The notes beneath the pieces are model-generated. The model ran no database searches and was not told the origin of the DNA. It worked only from the letters and a program-made list of their open reading frames with translations. A program made the position numbers and the translations under genes. This document shows, piece by piece, positions 55,601 through 64,000 of a stretch of DNA of 64,000 bases (positions are counted from its first letter, which is position 1; the number at the start of each line of letters is the position of its first letter). The stretch lies in the IMG/VR virus record IMGVR_UViG_3300044655_001017; one strand, given 5' to 3'. This DNA comes from a virus. Taxonomy: Duplodnaviria; Caudoviricetes.

Positions 55601-58600
55601 GATTATATATTGTTGCAACTTCTAATGTAATATCTGCACTACTAACAAACAATGATGCATTTGTATAAGGATTGTTAGTAGTAAATTTTATAGTAAATGC
55701 CAAATAACCAGTTAATCCGACAACTGGACTTGCTTGTAAATTTGCAAAAACTTGATAGGTATTTGATGATAAAAATGTAGTATCTTTAGTTGTTAACACA
55801 CCAGTTGTTTCGTTAGCACCTAGTGACCGGCGTATTAATGGATTAGTTGTTTCTACAGTAATTGTTATTGGTAATATTCTATCAACTGGATCAAATTGAG
55901 CTACTACTTTATACACAGTAGTATCAGTAACTTTTAATGTAAACGGCTGTTCTTTGATAGATGCAATAATTTGTGGTTTTGGAGGTTCATTAACTGTTAA
56001 TATAGCAGAACACGATGGTGTTTTGCTATTAAAACTTGCAGTAAATGTTTTAATTCCACCAGTTTTCCATGTACTAATGTTTGCTGTGTAATTTCCATTT
56101 ACATCTAATTTAAATCCTTGTCCAACTGCATAGTCCACACCCATATCTTTCACAGGAGCACCAGTTGAAAGTATAGACCCCTGATCTTCAGGTTTACCGC
56201 CGCTAATACTCAATGTAGACACTTCGTTATAATTAACAGTTGGCTTAACAATTTTCATAGTTGGGGCATATACAATTGCAATTGGAGGTGCATTAGGAAC
56301 TATAAATTCTAATATTTTAGAAGTTATAGTACACGTTGGTTCTGTTACACTTGTAAATTGAACTTGAAACTGTTCGGAATTTTTAATCTCTTGACGATAT
56401 GCTGATGTATATGTAATTTCAAGCGTTGAGGTGCTACTAGTAGTTACAATTTTAGAATTAGTCGAACCTTGATTTAATGCTCCAAAAATAAATGTGTGTG
56501 ATGCATTAACAATAGAACACTTAAATTGTTCACCAGTAAACGCAGGAGACACTGCAGCTGTAATTCTTAAAGTTCCAGTTTCCTTGTTAACAACTGCTGA
56601 TGCTGACGCTGGCATAGTAATACCTGCGATACTTCCAACACCGTTACCATTAAAATAACCTGTAATATCAACAGTATGTTTTAGTTTTTTTGAAGTATCC
56701 TCAAGTTTTACTTTTGGACTTGACCCTTGATTTGTTAACACTTTTCCAGGTTCGGTAGCGTCTACTGATATATAAAATTCAGTTACTGTATCGTCTAACT
56801 GATTTGCAACTGCAGTAAAATCAAACCAAGTATTATTAGATGGATCTTTAGTTTTACTTCCACTATTAGTTTGTAACCCTAATCGTTTATAATCAACACC
56901 AATTAAAGTCCAGCTTATTAAAGTACCGGCAGGAACTGACGTTGGCGTTGTAACTGTAAATCGAACTGTGTTCTTTGTTGGTGTTTCATCAATTGTCAGA
57001 AAATTAGCAGTAATTACATACGAATCCGGAGCAACTAATGTAAATGTAGGTTTAAGACCAGTAGACCCAAACCGTAAATTAGTACTTTGAGGGAGACTAT
57101 AATTAAGAGTATGTGGCTGATTTAATAGTTGGTTACCTGTTACTGTCCGGACATCGCTAATCTTACCTGTTGCCGGCGCTTGAGAAAGTGCTGTAGGATC
57201 CGGAACACTAACTATGCGTTCTACTGTAAAAGGAGCCGGAGTTGGTGTATATGCATCTGGATCAGCAAAAATTTCAATTGTTGTAAATGGATAATAATAG
57301 GGTACAAATACTTTATACACTAAATCTGGAGCATTTTTTCCTGCTGGACTATGTATTAAAGTATTACCAGTATCAAGATAAATATCTATGTTTTTAAGGT
57401 AATACAGCTCTACATATGTATACGTATTGGAATGGTTTATCTCGTATGTTAAGAGAGCTCCGCCAATTCTTAATTCAAGAAGAACTGCAAACCCTATCCA
57501 TATGGCAGATAAACTAGGTGTTGCAACACTAAAATCAAGTTTGGCTTGGTTAGCAGGTAGAGTTATTGAACCAGTTAACACCAATTGCGGCGGCAGCACT
57601 GGAGTGCCTGTACCAGCTATATTTTTCCAAGGCACAATCACCCAGTCAATTACCCGATCCGATGCAGTAGGTCCATCGGTAGTAAGAGTAAACTCCATTG
57701 GATCACCTAGTATAACCTTACTATACTTAGCTGTTAAGTACCAGTATTTATAATTTGGTGTAGTTGGACCACCTGGGGTAGTTGTAACTGGACCACCTGG
57801 GGTAGGTGTAACTGGACCACCTGGAGTAGTTGTAACTGGTGCATCTTTAATTGTTACTGTCCCGCTAGATACATAACTAGATTGCGCAAGGTTGTATAAT
57901 CTAACAGTAAAAGGTCTGCTACCTTTTGCTGGGTTAGGATTAACAGTAGTTAACGTAAGTGTTCCGGCATATCCGGTAATTAAATTTACATTTAGTGTCA
58001 TGCTACCTTCACCAAAATCGCTAGCGGTAATTGCGCCAGGGACTGTTGAGACAATCTCGCATAACAACTGTGTATTAATATCAAGCTTTGGTGACGTAAC
58101 TTCAAATACTATAACATTACCTGCCGTAACCTCGCGGGCTGTTTCTTTAATTTTATACGGTGTATCCTCAGTAATAGTAATAGTTGGGCTACCGCCTGTT
58201 AATATAATTAATACATTACTTTGATATATTTCAACTTGGAACTGTTCCGACCCTTCTGGAGCGATGAGTGAACCAACTGTTGTTGATATAGAAAGATTGT
58301 AAGAACTTGCTTCTTTAGTTACTATAAACGACCCAGTTAAACTAGCCGGTGAAAAATCAGAGCCGTCTAACGTGCTACCATTAGCACCTACTCCAATAAG
58401 TCTATAAGAGTATGTTATGTCTTGTAGTAACTTTGGAGTTGAGAATACAAATGTTGCTGTATTACCCTCCATTACTGAATTATTTGGAGTAGTTGAAGTT
58501 AATGTATATACTGCAAGTTCTGTAATTTTTACAATTGGACTCGGTAAACCTAACGTAACCGGTGTTTGACTACCTTGAGGTCTTAATTCAATACGGAATG

Positions 58601-61600
58601 ATTCATCAACTTCTTTAGGTGAATTAGCTGCAGCAAGTAACGTAAAATTACCTAAACCATATTGATCAATCGTAACTGGATTAGTTAACGATGACAATCC
58701 AACAAAATCATCAGAAGTTATAGTACTGTTAGCTTCAGGAACAATCGTATATGTCATTGTTGTACCAAACGAAGCATCCGGAGTTGAAATATCAAATCTT
58801 ACGCCAGTTGAACTACCTTCTGTAATTGAAGAATTATTTGCTTTAATTAGGTAAGGAGTTGCATCAACTAATGATACTGGCATTGCGCTAGTAGCAACCT
58901 CTGTGCCGTTAACTGACCCAGTACGTAACACAAGTAAGAACATACGATCAGCGTCAATTCTATTATTATTTGCAGAAGCTGTTACAGTAATAGTAGTGCG
59001 ACCTAATTTACTTGCAGTGCCCGGATTGTCATATGTAATATATACCGGAGATGAACTTTGAGTTTGCAATAATTCGCAATTATTACTTCTAACTGTCGAC
59101 CAATAAAGCGGAGTTGCTGGTAATACGTTATCTGTAAGAACGTCAAATATAACCGATTCACCTTCTATAATTTTTGTTTTTCTAGGAACAACATCGTATG
59201 TTGGTGGTTCTGGTTCTGGAACCACTATAGTTTGAGAGGTGTCAACCATAGTAACAACTGTACTAGTAGCTAATAAAGTTCCTGATGTACTCCACAATTT
59301 TAACCCAAAATTCTTAATACCCGATTCAGTAAATGTATCTTTGTTTATTGTTCTAAAAATCTTTGCAGAATTACCATTAACTGTAACTGATCCGGATGTT
59401 GAATCAGTAAAGTCCGGATGATCGGTTGTGTTTATGGTACCAAGGGTTGAAAACGTAGTCCAGTTTAACTGGAGTTTTTCTTGATCTGAAATCCATGGTG
59501 TAGTAACATTAAACTGTACAGTATCGCCTTCGTTAGCTGACACTACCGACGGACTAATAGTATATGGTATAATCTCATTTAATGTAATTAACTCCGACTC
59601 TTTTTGAACTGCACCTAATTTTGAATCAATACGTAATTGAATCTTGAATGTTTCAGGCTCTTCAGTTACATTATCACGTCTAGCTGAAATAATAAATGAA
59701 CCTTTATTTTTTGTAGTAAGTGCATACCCATCTAATCGTTGTGCTGCGCCACCTTGCGCATCCGATACAATAAAATCATCAGCAGTAATATTACCAGCAT
59801 GTCTTAGTGTAGTCCAAAATATTTTAGTGTTGTCCGGTAAAGATGGTGTTGTAAAACTAAAAGTAATTGCAGTTGAGCCTTCAGTAAATGACGGTGTAGA
59901 CGCATTAATTGTAAACCCAACATCTTCACCAATTGTAACTATCGAACTAGTAGCAACCTTAGTACTAATTGCAGAGCCTGTTTTTAAAATTAAATGGAAC
60001 GATTCTTTGCCTTCAGTTAATGCGTCAAGAATTGCAACCCTAGGAATAGTTCCCATGTTACCGTTAATCTCAACAGTACCTGATAATCTGTTATCTGTAA
60101 AATCCGATGCTGTAATTGATCCAGTATCTACTACAGTTTGCCAGTATAATAGTGTTCCGTTTGCTAAAAATGGTGTTTTAACTTCAAAATTAACACCTGG
60201 TTGATTTTCAACAATATATGATGTTGTTGGTAAAATTTCATAAGCAACGGTTTCAGTAATAGAAGTAAGTTGGCTTGAAACTAAAATTGGGCCGCTAGTA
60301 CCTTCAGATGCCCGAATTTCTAAATGAAATTGTTCAATACCTTCTACTAATAAATCGGTTGCAGCACGTCTAAGAATACTACCTTTATTAGCATTAATTA
60401 CAACCGTACCATCGATTGCGTTATCTGTAAAATCAGATGCGATAACAACACCTTGTCTAGACACAGTAGTCCAGTATAATATAGTACCATTAGTCAACCA
60501 CGGTGTAGTAAGATCAAACATAACACCTGCTCCAAGTGCACCGCTTGTAGTACTTTCTGCCATTGTTGCCGGAGTTCTAAGTAATTGATAGGTTACAGTT
60601 TCGTCAATAGTAATTGGATCACTATCAACTAACCATTTTGTCATCCCAACGTCTGAATATACCGATAAATGAAATGTTTCATTACCTTCAGTTAACAAAT
60701 CTTTTTTTGCTTTTCTAACAACAATACCAACGTTATTTTTTATAACAACTGAACCAGTTAATGTACCATCAGTAAAATCTGTAGCTGTTAGCACACCGTT
60801 ATCTTTAACTGTTTTCCAATATAATTTTGTATTTACTGGAAGTTTTGGTGTGTTAATAGTAAACGTTACTTTAGTTGTTGAATCTTCTGGAATAGAATTA
60901 TCATCAGCAAGTACAACATACGGTACATCTGGTTCAATAGAAACTTTATCAGTAATTTTTACTAATTCACTAGTTTGAACAGTTTTTGAAATACCAGTAT
61001 CTAGATTAACTACTGACAACACAATTTGATAAGATTCTGCAGTAGTTTCAGATAATGTATCTTCATAAATTGTTCTATACAATTCAGTTAAGTTTCCATA
61101 TACTGTGATAACGCCATTTAATCTATTATCTAAAAAGTCGTTTGCTTGAAGTGACGGTGTTAATACTTTTGTTGACCAATATAAATCAGTTCCATCTTTT
61201 ACATTTTTAGTAACAATTCGGTATAATATAGTTTGACCTTCTGTTACTGCAGTTGTTGACAACGGTAAAATTGAATATGTCGGCGCAGGTGGTGTCAACG
61301 AAGTGTCTGTAATTATTTCTAATGAACTTAATTGTGCAAGTACTGGACTTTTAGGATCGTTATCAATTCTTAATTGAACTTGGAATTGTTCTTTACCTTC
61401 TGTAAATAAGTCTGCAGCCGGAATTAATGTAAATGTTCCAGTATTGCCTACAATATCAACTGTTCCGTATAACGTGTTTAATACAAGATCCGATGTTGGA
61501 TCAAAATCAGATTTTGAAATACTAGTACCAAACACTGTAAAATATAACAAGCCGTCGGAGAAATTCGTAGTTGTTACAGTAAACACAACATTAAGATTTG

Positions 61601-62486
61601 TTTCATTAACGCTAGCTATAGACCTTGATAATGCATAAGTTGGGTTAGACACCCCTGCAGCAAATTCACTATATGCAATCGGAGGTGAAATATCAACATA
61701 ACTACCTGATGCATAATACGCGCTAACAACACTATGAATTACACCAGTTACATTTGCTCCGGCGTTTATGTAATAAATTGTAAAAACAATAGTAGCAGTG
61801 TCATTATCTTTTCTAGCTACAATTTGATATATATTAGCCGACGGCGTATCTGATTTAGTTTTCTTAAATACAATTTGATCATCTGCAGTTAATGATTTAA
61901 AACCAACTGACGATCCTGTTGATTTAGTCGAAGTAGTTGATGCATATTTAAAACTAACTACTCCTAATCCAGATAATAATGAACTCCATGCAACTGATTT
62001 TGTATTAGTTGCAGTATTAACACTCGACGCACTAAATTCAATGGAACTACCGGTATTAAAATAATAACGCATTTGTTCCGCGTCATCAAACTGTACAGTT
62101 ACTGTGTGAGTAGTTGTATTGTTCCATGTGTTAGACGGTGTTTCTTCGTTTGCTAACTCAACCCTAGTTGCTTGTGTTGAATGAGGCGGCACTAATTTTG
62201 ATGCCTCAACTTGAGTCATTACTGTTAAAAATTGTGACCACTGTCCTGCAGTAATGGTAGTTCCTATTACAGAAATAGGAAGTGTTGCAGGTATACCAAC
62301 TTGGTGATATTTAGCAGCTAGTATATCGTTACGTAATTCTGTAAAATCAGGTATTTGTGCCGGAACAGTAGTGGCTAACTGAGAACTTTCTAATAGTTGT
62401 CCGTATCCAAACTCGTTTGCCCCAACACCTAGAATTTTTGAAATTCTAGCTTGGAGTGCATTATAATCACTTGTTAAAATTGCCAT
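52662..62486 (-). CDS. Giant (3,274 aa) adhesin-like tail fibre / virion protein
   Basis: Phage-type N-terminal module, at least 11 tandem Calx-beta-like repeats, Gly-rich domain, two FN3 domains; AAGA RBS-like sequence before the ATG. Confidence 0.85.
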   Translation of the reverse strand: MAILTSDYNALQARISKILGVGANEFGYGQLLESSQLATTVPAQIPDFTELRNDILAAKYHQVGIPATLPISVIGTTITAGQWSQFLTVMTQVEASKLVPPHSTQATRVELANEETPSNTWNNTTTHTVTVQFDDAEQMRYYFNTGSSIEFSASSVNTATNTKSVAWSSLLSGLGVVSFKYASTTSTKSTGSSVGFKSLTADDQIVFKKTKSDTPSANIYQIVARKDNDTATIVFTIYYINAGANVTGVIHSVVSAYYASGSYVDISPPIAYSEFAAGVSNPTYALSRSIASVNETNLNVVFTVTTTNFSDGLLYFTVFGTSISKSDFDPTSDLVLNTLYGTVDIVGNTGTFTLIPAADLFTEGKEQFQVQLRIDNDPKSPVLAQLSSLEIITDTSLTPPAPTYSILPLSTTAVTEGQTILYRIVTKNVKDGTDLYWSTKVLTPSLQANDFLDNRLNGVITVYGNLTELYRTIYEDTLSETTAESYQIVLSVVNLDTGISKTVQTSELVKITDKVSIEPDVPYVVLADDNSIPEDSTTKVTFTINTPKLPVNTKLYWKTVKDNGVLTATDFTDGTLTGSVVIKNNVGIVVRKAKKDLLTEGNETFHLSVYSDVGMTKWLVDSDPITIDETVTYQLLRTPATMAESTTSGALGAGVMFDLTTPWLTNGTILYWTTVSRQGVVIASDFTDNAIDGTVVINANKGSILRRAATDLLVEGIEQFHLEIRASEGTSGPILVSSQLTSITETVAYEILPTTSYIVENQPGVNFEVKTPFLANGTLLYWQTVVDTGSITASDFTDNRLSGTVEINGNMGTIPRVAILDALTEGKESFHLILKTGSAISTKVATSSIVTIGEDVGFTINASTPSFTEGSTAITFSFTTPSLPDNTKIFWTTLRHAGNITADDFIVSDAQGGAAQRLDGYALTTKNKGSFIISARRDNVTEEPETFKIQLRIDSKLGAVQKESELITLNEIIPYTISPSVVSANEGDTVQFNVTTPWISDQEKLQLNWTTFSTLGTINTTDHPDFTDSTSGSVTVNGNSAKIFRTINKDTFTESGIKNFGLKLWSTSGTLLATSTVVTMVDTSQTIVVPEPEPPTYDVVPRKTKIIEGESVIFDVLTDNVLPATPLYWSTVRSNNCELLQTQSSSPVYITYDNPGTASKLGRTTITVTASANNNRIDADRMFLLVLRTGSVNGTEVATSAMPVSLVDATPYLIKANNSSITEGSSTGVRFDISTPDASFGTTMTYTIVPEANSTITSDDFVGLSSLTNPVTIDQYGLGNFTLLAAANSPKEVDESFRIELRPQGSQTPVTLGLPSPIVKITELAVYTLTSTTPNNSVMEGNTATFVFSTPKLLQDITYSYRLIGVGANGSTLDGSDFSPASLTGSFIVTKEASSYNLSISTTVGSLIAPEGSEQFQVEIYQSNVLIILTGGSPTITITEDTPYKIKETAREVTAGNVIVFEVTSPKLDINTQLLCEIVSTVPGAITASDFGEGSMTLNVNLITGYAGTLTLTTVNPNPAKGSRPFTVRLYNLAQSSYVSSGTVTIKDAPVTTTPGGPVTPTPGGPVTTTPGGPTTPNYKYWYLTAKYSKVILGDPMEFTLTTDGPTASDRVIDWVIVPWKNIAGTGTPVLPPQLVLTGSITLPANQAKLDFSVATPSLSAIWIGFAVLLELRIGGALLTYEINHSNTYTYVELYYLKNIDIYLDTGNTLIHSPAGKNAPDLVYKVFVPYYYPFTTIEIFADPDAYTPTPAPFTVERIVSVPDPTALSQAPATGKISDVRTVTGNQLLNQPHTLNYSLPQSTNLRFGSTGLKPTFTLVAPDSYVITANFLTIDETPTKNTVRFTVTTPTSVPAGTLISWTLIGVDYKRLGLQTNSGSKTKDPSNNTWFDFTAVANQLDDTVTEFYISVDATEPGKVLTNQGSSPKVKLEDTSKKLKHTVDITGYFNGNGVGSIAGITMPASASAVVNKETGTLRITAAVSPAFTGEQFKCSIVNASHTFIFGALNQGSTNSKIVTTSSTSTLEITYTSAYRQEIKNSEQFQVQFTSVTEPTCTITSKILEFIVPNAPPIAIVYAPTMKIVKPTVNYNEVSTLSISGGKPEDQGSILSTGAPVKDMGVDYAVGQGFKLDVNGNYTANISTWKTGGIKTFTASFNSKTPSCSAILTVNEPPKPQIIASIKEQPFTLKVTDTTVYKVVAQFDPVDRILPITITVETTNPLIRRSLGANETTGVLTTKDTTFLSSNTYQVFANLQASPVVGLTGYLAFTIKFTTNNPYTNASLFVSSADITLEVATIYNQSIVIDPASRGSNGTSNVMITGGKAGSQVLISIVGTGTFTSNSSWHKANLDSTGKLTIEYKDSNPGAGVGTFTAKFEDGNTRTATLTITDVIKTVTKHYGVSGVIVFRDGVKVKSVVVSGAAGSMGYSRNPTPGDSISGTSTALTSATSLSVVVGQLGTPAESVRYAPGIAVNNVLGIGGSGGKSGASESGGGGAGGGASAIFIGTSFVGTPVCVGAGGGGGGSYSTESGGAGGNASATNQSSSYSAISNGVTGSDGSGKGGAGGGGGGAPGGAAGTLGNTSKDGATGGKGGTSYVPTGFRFAGSNPDDGMVSITFEYVESQYGDNIGSWTPWTGRTISPGTVHEYSGTLTLNLAYDTNRTKVIASITANITSDDISAQRTYYYVYGTKATKTAAQSAPNPIDIAFSTDCQGFLTLTYADGQKLTVSTEKSNLPAVQSVAGAPSAVSVSRIQNTSMLVHWRKTTSPIGGSADRYTVSAQYATSTPINGTDTIYTTTDASGDLYTTTLSGLTQHTLYTITVTAINVSGSNSAQTTATTAFTLLPQDYTGEFNITSTRQGTTNFVTISISDNIVSANIDGRSFLASYVTGYVGGEAAPQYNVQKYDTLAGNTPITSFVMPAGVIGSATLTLHFRDDRTLPITRSFGIQELIQQPPASPGKPTSLLISAISPSSLAIQWRAPTSGGAVASYETNIDVNPNYPTIISENNGLFIRAYNNLQQYVNYTVTVIARNATGYATESTSGRTAVDEALRVITGSFTTTSNTKNGSNTVFVVSDTTTSQLEIISKTAVYTYSTGGTGVTVGVSPQITLPIQTGTGTGTIPYGIIGSAILTITFVDGKTATKTTAIGLADPNAGIVIIGPVQGGGNTGPITGPVLLPSLPAIPSRELTGGISNVVNNDWSTISVTDNITSATNNIHKKVYEATYELVDPNDYSFSTVGESSSTSTLSIPDNAFRGKAFVNVYFKDAPLVVGKTYSKDFNL
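57765..57839 (-). repeat. 24-bp tandem repeat x3 (PVT[T/P]TPGG linker)
   Basis: TGGACCACCTGGRGTAGKTGTAAC three times. Confidence 0.93.
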
Positions 62487-62500
62487 TTATTTCTTGCTCC

Positions 62501-64000
62501 TTACAGCACTAATGCTTCAACTATTTTAATATCTTCAAACTCGCTAGAATCTAATGCAACTGCAAATACAAAACTTGAATCATCTGCATTTGTATAACTT
62601 CTTGCTACACCACTATCAGTAGAAATTAATCGATCACCTTTTGTTACTTTTCCAACTACTTTTACCGGTACGCGTCCTTTTAATGCAATTGCAATGCCGC
62701 CTTCTAGGCTAGCATTCATTAAGTACGCAGGATCTTGTGATACGGTACCAATTGCACGATGTCCTGATGTTGCAGCAGTAACTTCGTTATCACCGCCGAT
62801 CATCATTACAGTTCCCACGTCATATACTGCATCGGCTAAGTATTTTTCTGCAATATCACCATTTCCTAAAAATGCATTACCAATAAAGTATGTTGCAGTA
62901 ATTGACCCTGCGGTACATTGGATTCCACCAAATTCGATAATATCATTTGTTCTTACTACTACAGTATCCGGATCTGCTGCTGCACTAGCTAATTTTGCAA
63001 CGCCGTCGAGTGTTACTCCATCGGCACTAGTTGCATTACCTTCAAATGTAGTTGCATATACTGTATTAAATTTTTCAGTAGGTGAACCAATATTTGAATT
63101 ATTCGCATTACCAGGTATAATATTTTGACCAACTAATTTCATTGGATATTTTGTTAATGTTAATTCAGTTGTTTTAAATGTAATTGTACTGTTGCTTTGA
63201 TTGTAAAATGTAGGTGTAGATCCATCGATTGATATAAGTAATCTTTCATTTGGAGCAGCACCGATTGATAATCCAGTATCTGCAAAATTTGCAAGATTTG
63301 GAAAAATTGGTAAAGTTTTGTTAATGTACTCGCTAGATTCAAACCCATCTAATCTTTGAGAATCAGATGCAGTTCCCCAAAACTGATACGTATCCGATGT
63401 AAATAATGTTGAATTAATTCCTTTAATAGTAATACCGGGATAAATGGTTAAGAAACCAACTGAAGTTAAATCCTCTGTAGGATCTAAAGTAAATTCAGCT
63501 GACGCGCTGCTAATTACAAACGTAGTAACATTGTCAATCATTGCTTCTATAACTTCGTAAGATTCACCGTCATCTGCTAATACTGTACTAGATTTCATTG
63601 CAGTTGAAATACCAATAAGTTTCCCACCAATTAATACATTTTCAGTTGCACTTTTACACCATAGTTGTTCATTAGTAGTATTCCAAAATAAATCACCAGT
63701 TTCTAAATCGTTAATCTTAGTAACACTATTATTTACAACTACCTCAACTACTCCAAGTGTACGCCATTTTCCAGTACCGTTGTTAAGTTTTAATTTTTGT
63801 TCAGAAGTATCATACCATAGTTGGCCAACGATTGCTTTTGGTGGAGCAGTTTGACTTGCAAAATTCTCAAGCAACCATGTGTAATTTTCGTTTTGAGCTT
63901 CGCCATAACCGGCATAATTTTTGCCAATTAATTTAAGATCAAGAGTAGTATTGATTGTGCCATCATCTACTACTGCTGCTTGATCACCGTTGTATTTGTT
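62501..64000 (-). CDS. Tail fibre / baseplate-associated protein, 5' end outside window
   Basis: The frame stays open upstream of the track start (NKYNGDQAAVVDDGTINTTLDLKLIGKNYAGYGEAQNENYTWLLENFA...GQLWYD); C-terminal GDIAEKY...IALKGRVPVKVVG. Confidence 0.85.
   Translation of the reverse strand, partial: NKYNGDQAAVVDDGTINTTLDLKLIGKNYAGYGEAQNENYTWLLENFASQTAPPKAIVGQLWYDTSEQKLKLNNGTGKWRTLGVVEVVVNNSVTKINDLETGDLFWNTTNEQLWCKSATENVLIGGKLIGISTAMKSSTVLADDGESYEVIEAMIDNVTTFVISSASAEFTLDPTEDLTSVGFLTIYPGITIKGINSTLFTSDTYQFWGTASDSQRLDGFESSEYINKTLPIFPNLANFADTGLSIGAAPNERLLISIDGSTPTFYNQSNSTITFKTTELTLTKYPMKLVGQNIIPGNANNSNIGSPTEKFNTVYATTFEGNATSADGVTLDGVAKLASAAADPDTVVVRTNDIIEFGGIQCTAGSITATYFIGNAFLGNGDIAEKYLADAVYDVGTVMMIGGDNEVTAATSGHRAIGTVSQDPAYLMNASLEGGIAIALKGRVPVKVVGKVTKGDRLISTDSGVARSYTNADDSSFVFAVALDSSEFEDIKIVEALVL

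Noticed and set aside
52855-63348. Plus-strand ORFs inside the giant fibre genes
   Set aside because: Shadow ORFs of Thr/Gly-rich minus-strand coding sequence.
62501-63874. Track start at 63874
   Set aside because: The frame remains open and homologous-looking to the window edge, so the true start is beyond 64000.
1-64000. Stop-codon reassignment as seen in some large phages
   Set aside because: Long genes are intact in the standard code, and TAA, TAG and TGA all end genes at sensible boundaries.
52662-64000. Diversity-generating retroelement acting on the fibres
   Set aside because: No reverse transcriptase gene and no TR/VR repeat pair differing at adenines was seen.

Overview
AT-rich, gene-dense 64 kb segment of a large (probably jumbo) tailed dsDNA phage with T4-like features, read in the standard genetic code. 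Spanin-like lipoproteins point to a diderm (Gram-negative) host. Layout: (i) virion and tail genes at both ends, including a >2,000-aa minus-strand ORF missing from the ORF track and a 3,274-aa adhesin-like fibre; (ii) replication and repair genes (family B polymerase, probable sliding clamp, clamp loader, 5'-3' exonuclease, UvsE, ThyX, dCMP deaminase, an odd DnaE fragment); (iii) a lysis module; (iv) chaperones and proteostasis genes (GroES, DnaJ, ClpA, MoxR/vWA); (v) a late cluster of probable capsid-internal proteins; (vi) a 7-deazaguanine pathway (folE, queD, queE, a TGT-fold enzyme, a second T-fold protein with LxxxHRHxF) interleaved with a GT-B glycosyltransferase and a purine phosphoribosyltransferase. 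Best lead: the TGT-fold enzyme lies in the clamp operon and carries VNNLFDFD, nearly the same as the polymerase C-terminal FNSLFEFE. This suggests a clamp-tethered, replication-coupled guanine hypermodification system, possibly with a glycosylation step. All family calls come from motif recognition by eye; no database searches were run. I saw no tRNA, rRNA, CRISPR array, integrase or transposase.
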